A stretch of DNA of 64,000 nt from Lama guanicoe. Lineage: Eukaryota. The position numbers and the translations under genes are program-made. This document shows positions 62,106-64,000 of this stretch, piece by piece. Positions within the stretch are counted from its first letter, which is position 1. Each line of letters begins with the position of its first letter. Below the pieces are notes generated by a model. It was not told the origin of the DNA and did no database searches. It saw nothing but the letters and a program-made list of their open reading frames with translations. Location: contig MU054117.1 in NCBI GenBank assembly GCA_013239625.1, forward strand, positions 1,610,011-1,674,010, given 5' to 3'.

Positions 62106-62384
62106 CTCCAGAGCTGCTTGCTGGGAGGATGTAGTGGGGGCTTGTGCTAAGCTCACTGCTGGCTGGGGCACTTGAACCTGTCCTCCTATACTGCCCACGG
62201 AAACCAAAAGATTTGATTCCACATAAGGCTGCACCACTGTAGGAAAGTAACCTGGGGCAGCCAGTGCTTCTGTCGGCAAGGGAGGGGACAGGACTGTAGA
62301 AGGGAGGCAAACAGAAGCCACGCTGGAAGAGGGAGCAATATTTGAATCTCCTGGGTACTGTGGTGGCAGTCGAGGTGGGAAGCC
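62106..62384 (-). CDS. WNK1: WNK1 alternative exon 12 (279 nt): GFPPRLPPQYPGDS...QQAALE
   Basis: PPQY PY motif; GT-AG; phase 0-0. Confidence 0.96.
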
Positions 62385-63098
62385 CTGTGACAGAAATGAG
62401 GAAGGGGAGTTAGTGTAGGCTGGGTCATCAAATGAGCAAAACAGCAGGACATGCACAGGAAAGCACGTAGCGAAGATGAACAGCACCCCAATCCCTCTCT
62501 AATAATTTAAAGAAGATTCTTCCTCGAAATTAAATGACAGACTGATTTCATTTAGGGGACAGGGCTGTATAGAAGTGTATTTTAAATTGCTATTTTCCCC
62601 TCTCCTGGAGACTATTTAAATAGGAGGAAGACACAGAATTCCTTCTAGAAAAATAGCTACTTTCTAGTCAGTCAAACAGGAGAATGCAAAACCTCTGAGG
62701 TATCCGTCATTCCAGTCAGGTAATGGCATGCTAACACTCTAAATCTAAACCCTGAAGTTTTTTAAGGATCCCATGTTGGCCACCGTATTTACTCTTCCTA
62801 TAAAAACGTAGCCTGATATATTCTATTATTAGCTATATCTAGCATTCAATCAGCTTACACCGAGTATTGAGAGAACCACTTTCCCCAAAGAGGTGTCTTG
62901 GGAAAAATGGAAATGAACTGTCAGACATTACCCCCCATCCTTTCTCAGGAGTTTACTATTTTAGCGTCTATGGTTGAGATCAGGAACTCTGGTTACTGCT
63001 AGTTATTCCGATATTCCAGTATCAGGTTCTGAAGTCCTTGATGTTGTCATTACAGCCAAACCCTCTGGCGCCCTCCTTTTTGCCAGTCAACACAGTAC

Positions 63099-63554
63099 CT
63101 GGTAGAGAGCATCTCCAGAGGGAAGTGGAGCCTCAGCAGTCTGTCCAAGGCTAGCGGGTATCCCTGTGGACTGGACTGCTGGCTGCAGGAGCTGTGGGTG
63201 AGCCTGACCCGGCAGCTGGGTCGCAGGCTGCAGGAGGGCTGGAAGCTGGCTAGGAAGCACAGCGGGTGCCCCTGGGCCTGCAGCTGCTGCAGCAGGTGAA
63301 GCCAAGGTGAGCAGAGGCTGGGCAAGGCCAGCTGCCATTGTGGCGGGAAGGGGTGAGAAACCCGGCTGAGCTGCAGAGGCGGGAGGCGCCGAGGAGATAT
63401 GAGAGACAGGGAACTGAGGGAGTAAGGAAGGCGGGAGTGGCTGTCCCACAGGGAGGAAATGAGCACCAGAATGGACTGGAACAACTGAGGGCTGTGTCGC
63501 CACTGGGATCTGAGGTTCGCCTTGGATAGTTGGTACTGGCTGGGAAACTGGAAG
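63099..63554 (-). CDS. WNK1: WNK1 alternative exon 11 (456 nt): LPVSQPVPTIQGEPQIPVATQ...GDALYQ
   Basis: TTCCCAG| and |GTACTG; phase 0-0; upstream exons lie beyond the window. Confidence 0.95.
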
Positions 63555-64000
63555 CTGGGAAGGGAAAGAAAAACAAAACAGACCAACTTAAAGAAAAAAA
63601 AAAAAGAGCAAGGCTGCCAAAAGCAAGATGTATGTATTAGCCAAAAAAGAGAGAAAATTATAACAAACACCAAATCCCTGCATACATTAGTATGAGTTAA
63701 TATGCCACATAGGAGCAGGGAGAGGTGCGCAGGAGACAAGGAGGCTGACAGAGCGGCCACTGTGCCCAGTCTGCTGTGACGAACTCCACTAATGTTTTAT
63801 TGTTCAACAGCACAGAGACCCCTTCCACACGGAAGGCTGTTTTCTTTACAGCTTGACCGAGATGTGTCTCACGGACCATAGTCCCCTGGCACGTCTGCTG
63901 TCCCTAACCTATGGCTGCATCACCGCAGTCACTGAAGTTCAAAGGACTTCCTTTCCCAGCGGGGTCAGAGCTCATCCCTCCTGCTTCTACAATTCTCAAG

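Noticed and set aside
1..64000. Prokaryote-type systems (CRISPR arrays, operons, defence islands) or structural RNA genes
   Set aside because: The sequence is intron-rich mammalian DNA; I recognised no repeat-spacer array, rRNA, snRNA or snoRNA by eye. An Rfam/Infernal scan would be needed to exclude small RNAs.

Overview
Mammalian (eutherian) genomic DNA with three genes in the conserved ERC1 <- / RAD52 -> / <- WNK1 arrangement. It is probably camelid, inferred from a tRNA-derived SINE at ~7150 and the young L1 3' tails. (1) A CpG island at ~1480-2790, interrupted by a 167-nt N gap, holds a minus-strand non-coding first exon that best fits ERC1. (2) A complete RAD52 gene lies on + (CpG-island promoter ~19.2-20.4 kb; 11 coding exons 23199-36029, all GT-AG and phase-consistent, 412 aa). 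(3) The 3' half of WNK1 lies on - (exons 11-28 by human numbering, plus alternative micro-exons 26a/26b; stop at 39757; 3'UTR to ~37.4 kb), tail-to-tail with RAD52. The rest is mostly L1, MaLR/ERV LTR, DNA-transposon and SINE relics. Most ORFs in the supplied track are spurious. I see no evidence for a wholly new gene system. The best leads are apparent lineage-specific changes in WNK1: the exon-11 NEDD4-2 PY motif reads LPQF, the exon-21 acceptor AG appears lost with a shift to a NAGNAG, and the ancestral stop appears deleted, giving a VGK tail. Other leads are an 88-bp tandem duplication in the RAD52 first exon, a candidate distal RAD52 first exon with a uORF, and old transposons locally rewritten into CpG-rich sequence, suggesting GC-biased gene conversion. 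Comparisons to human sequence and repeat consensuses are from memory and need alignment to confirm.
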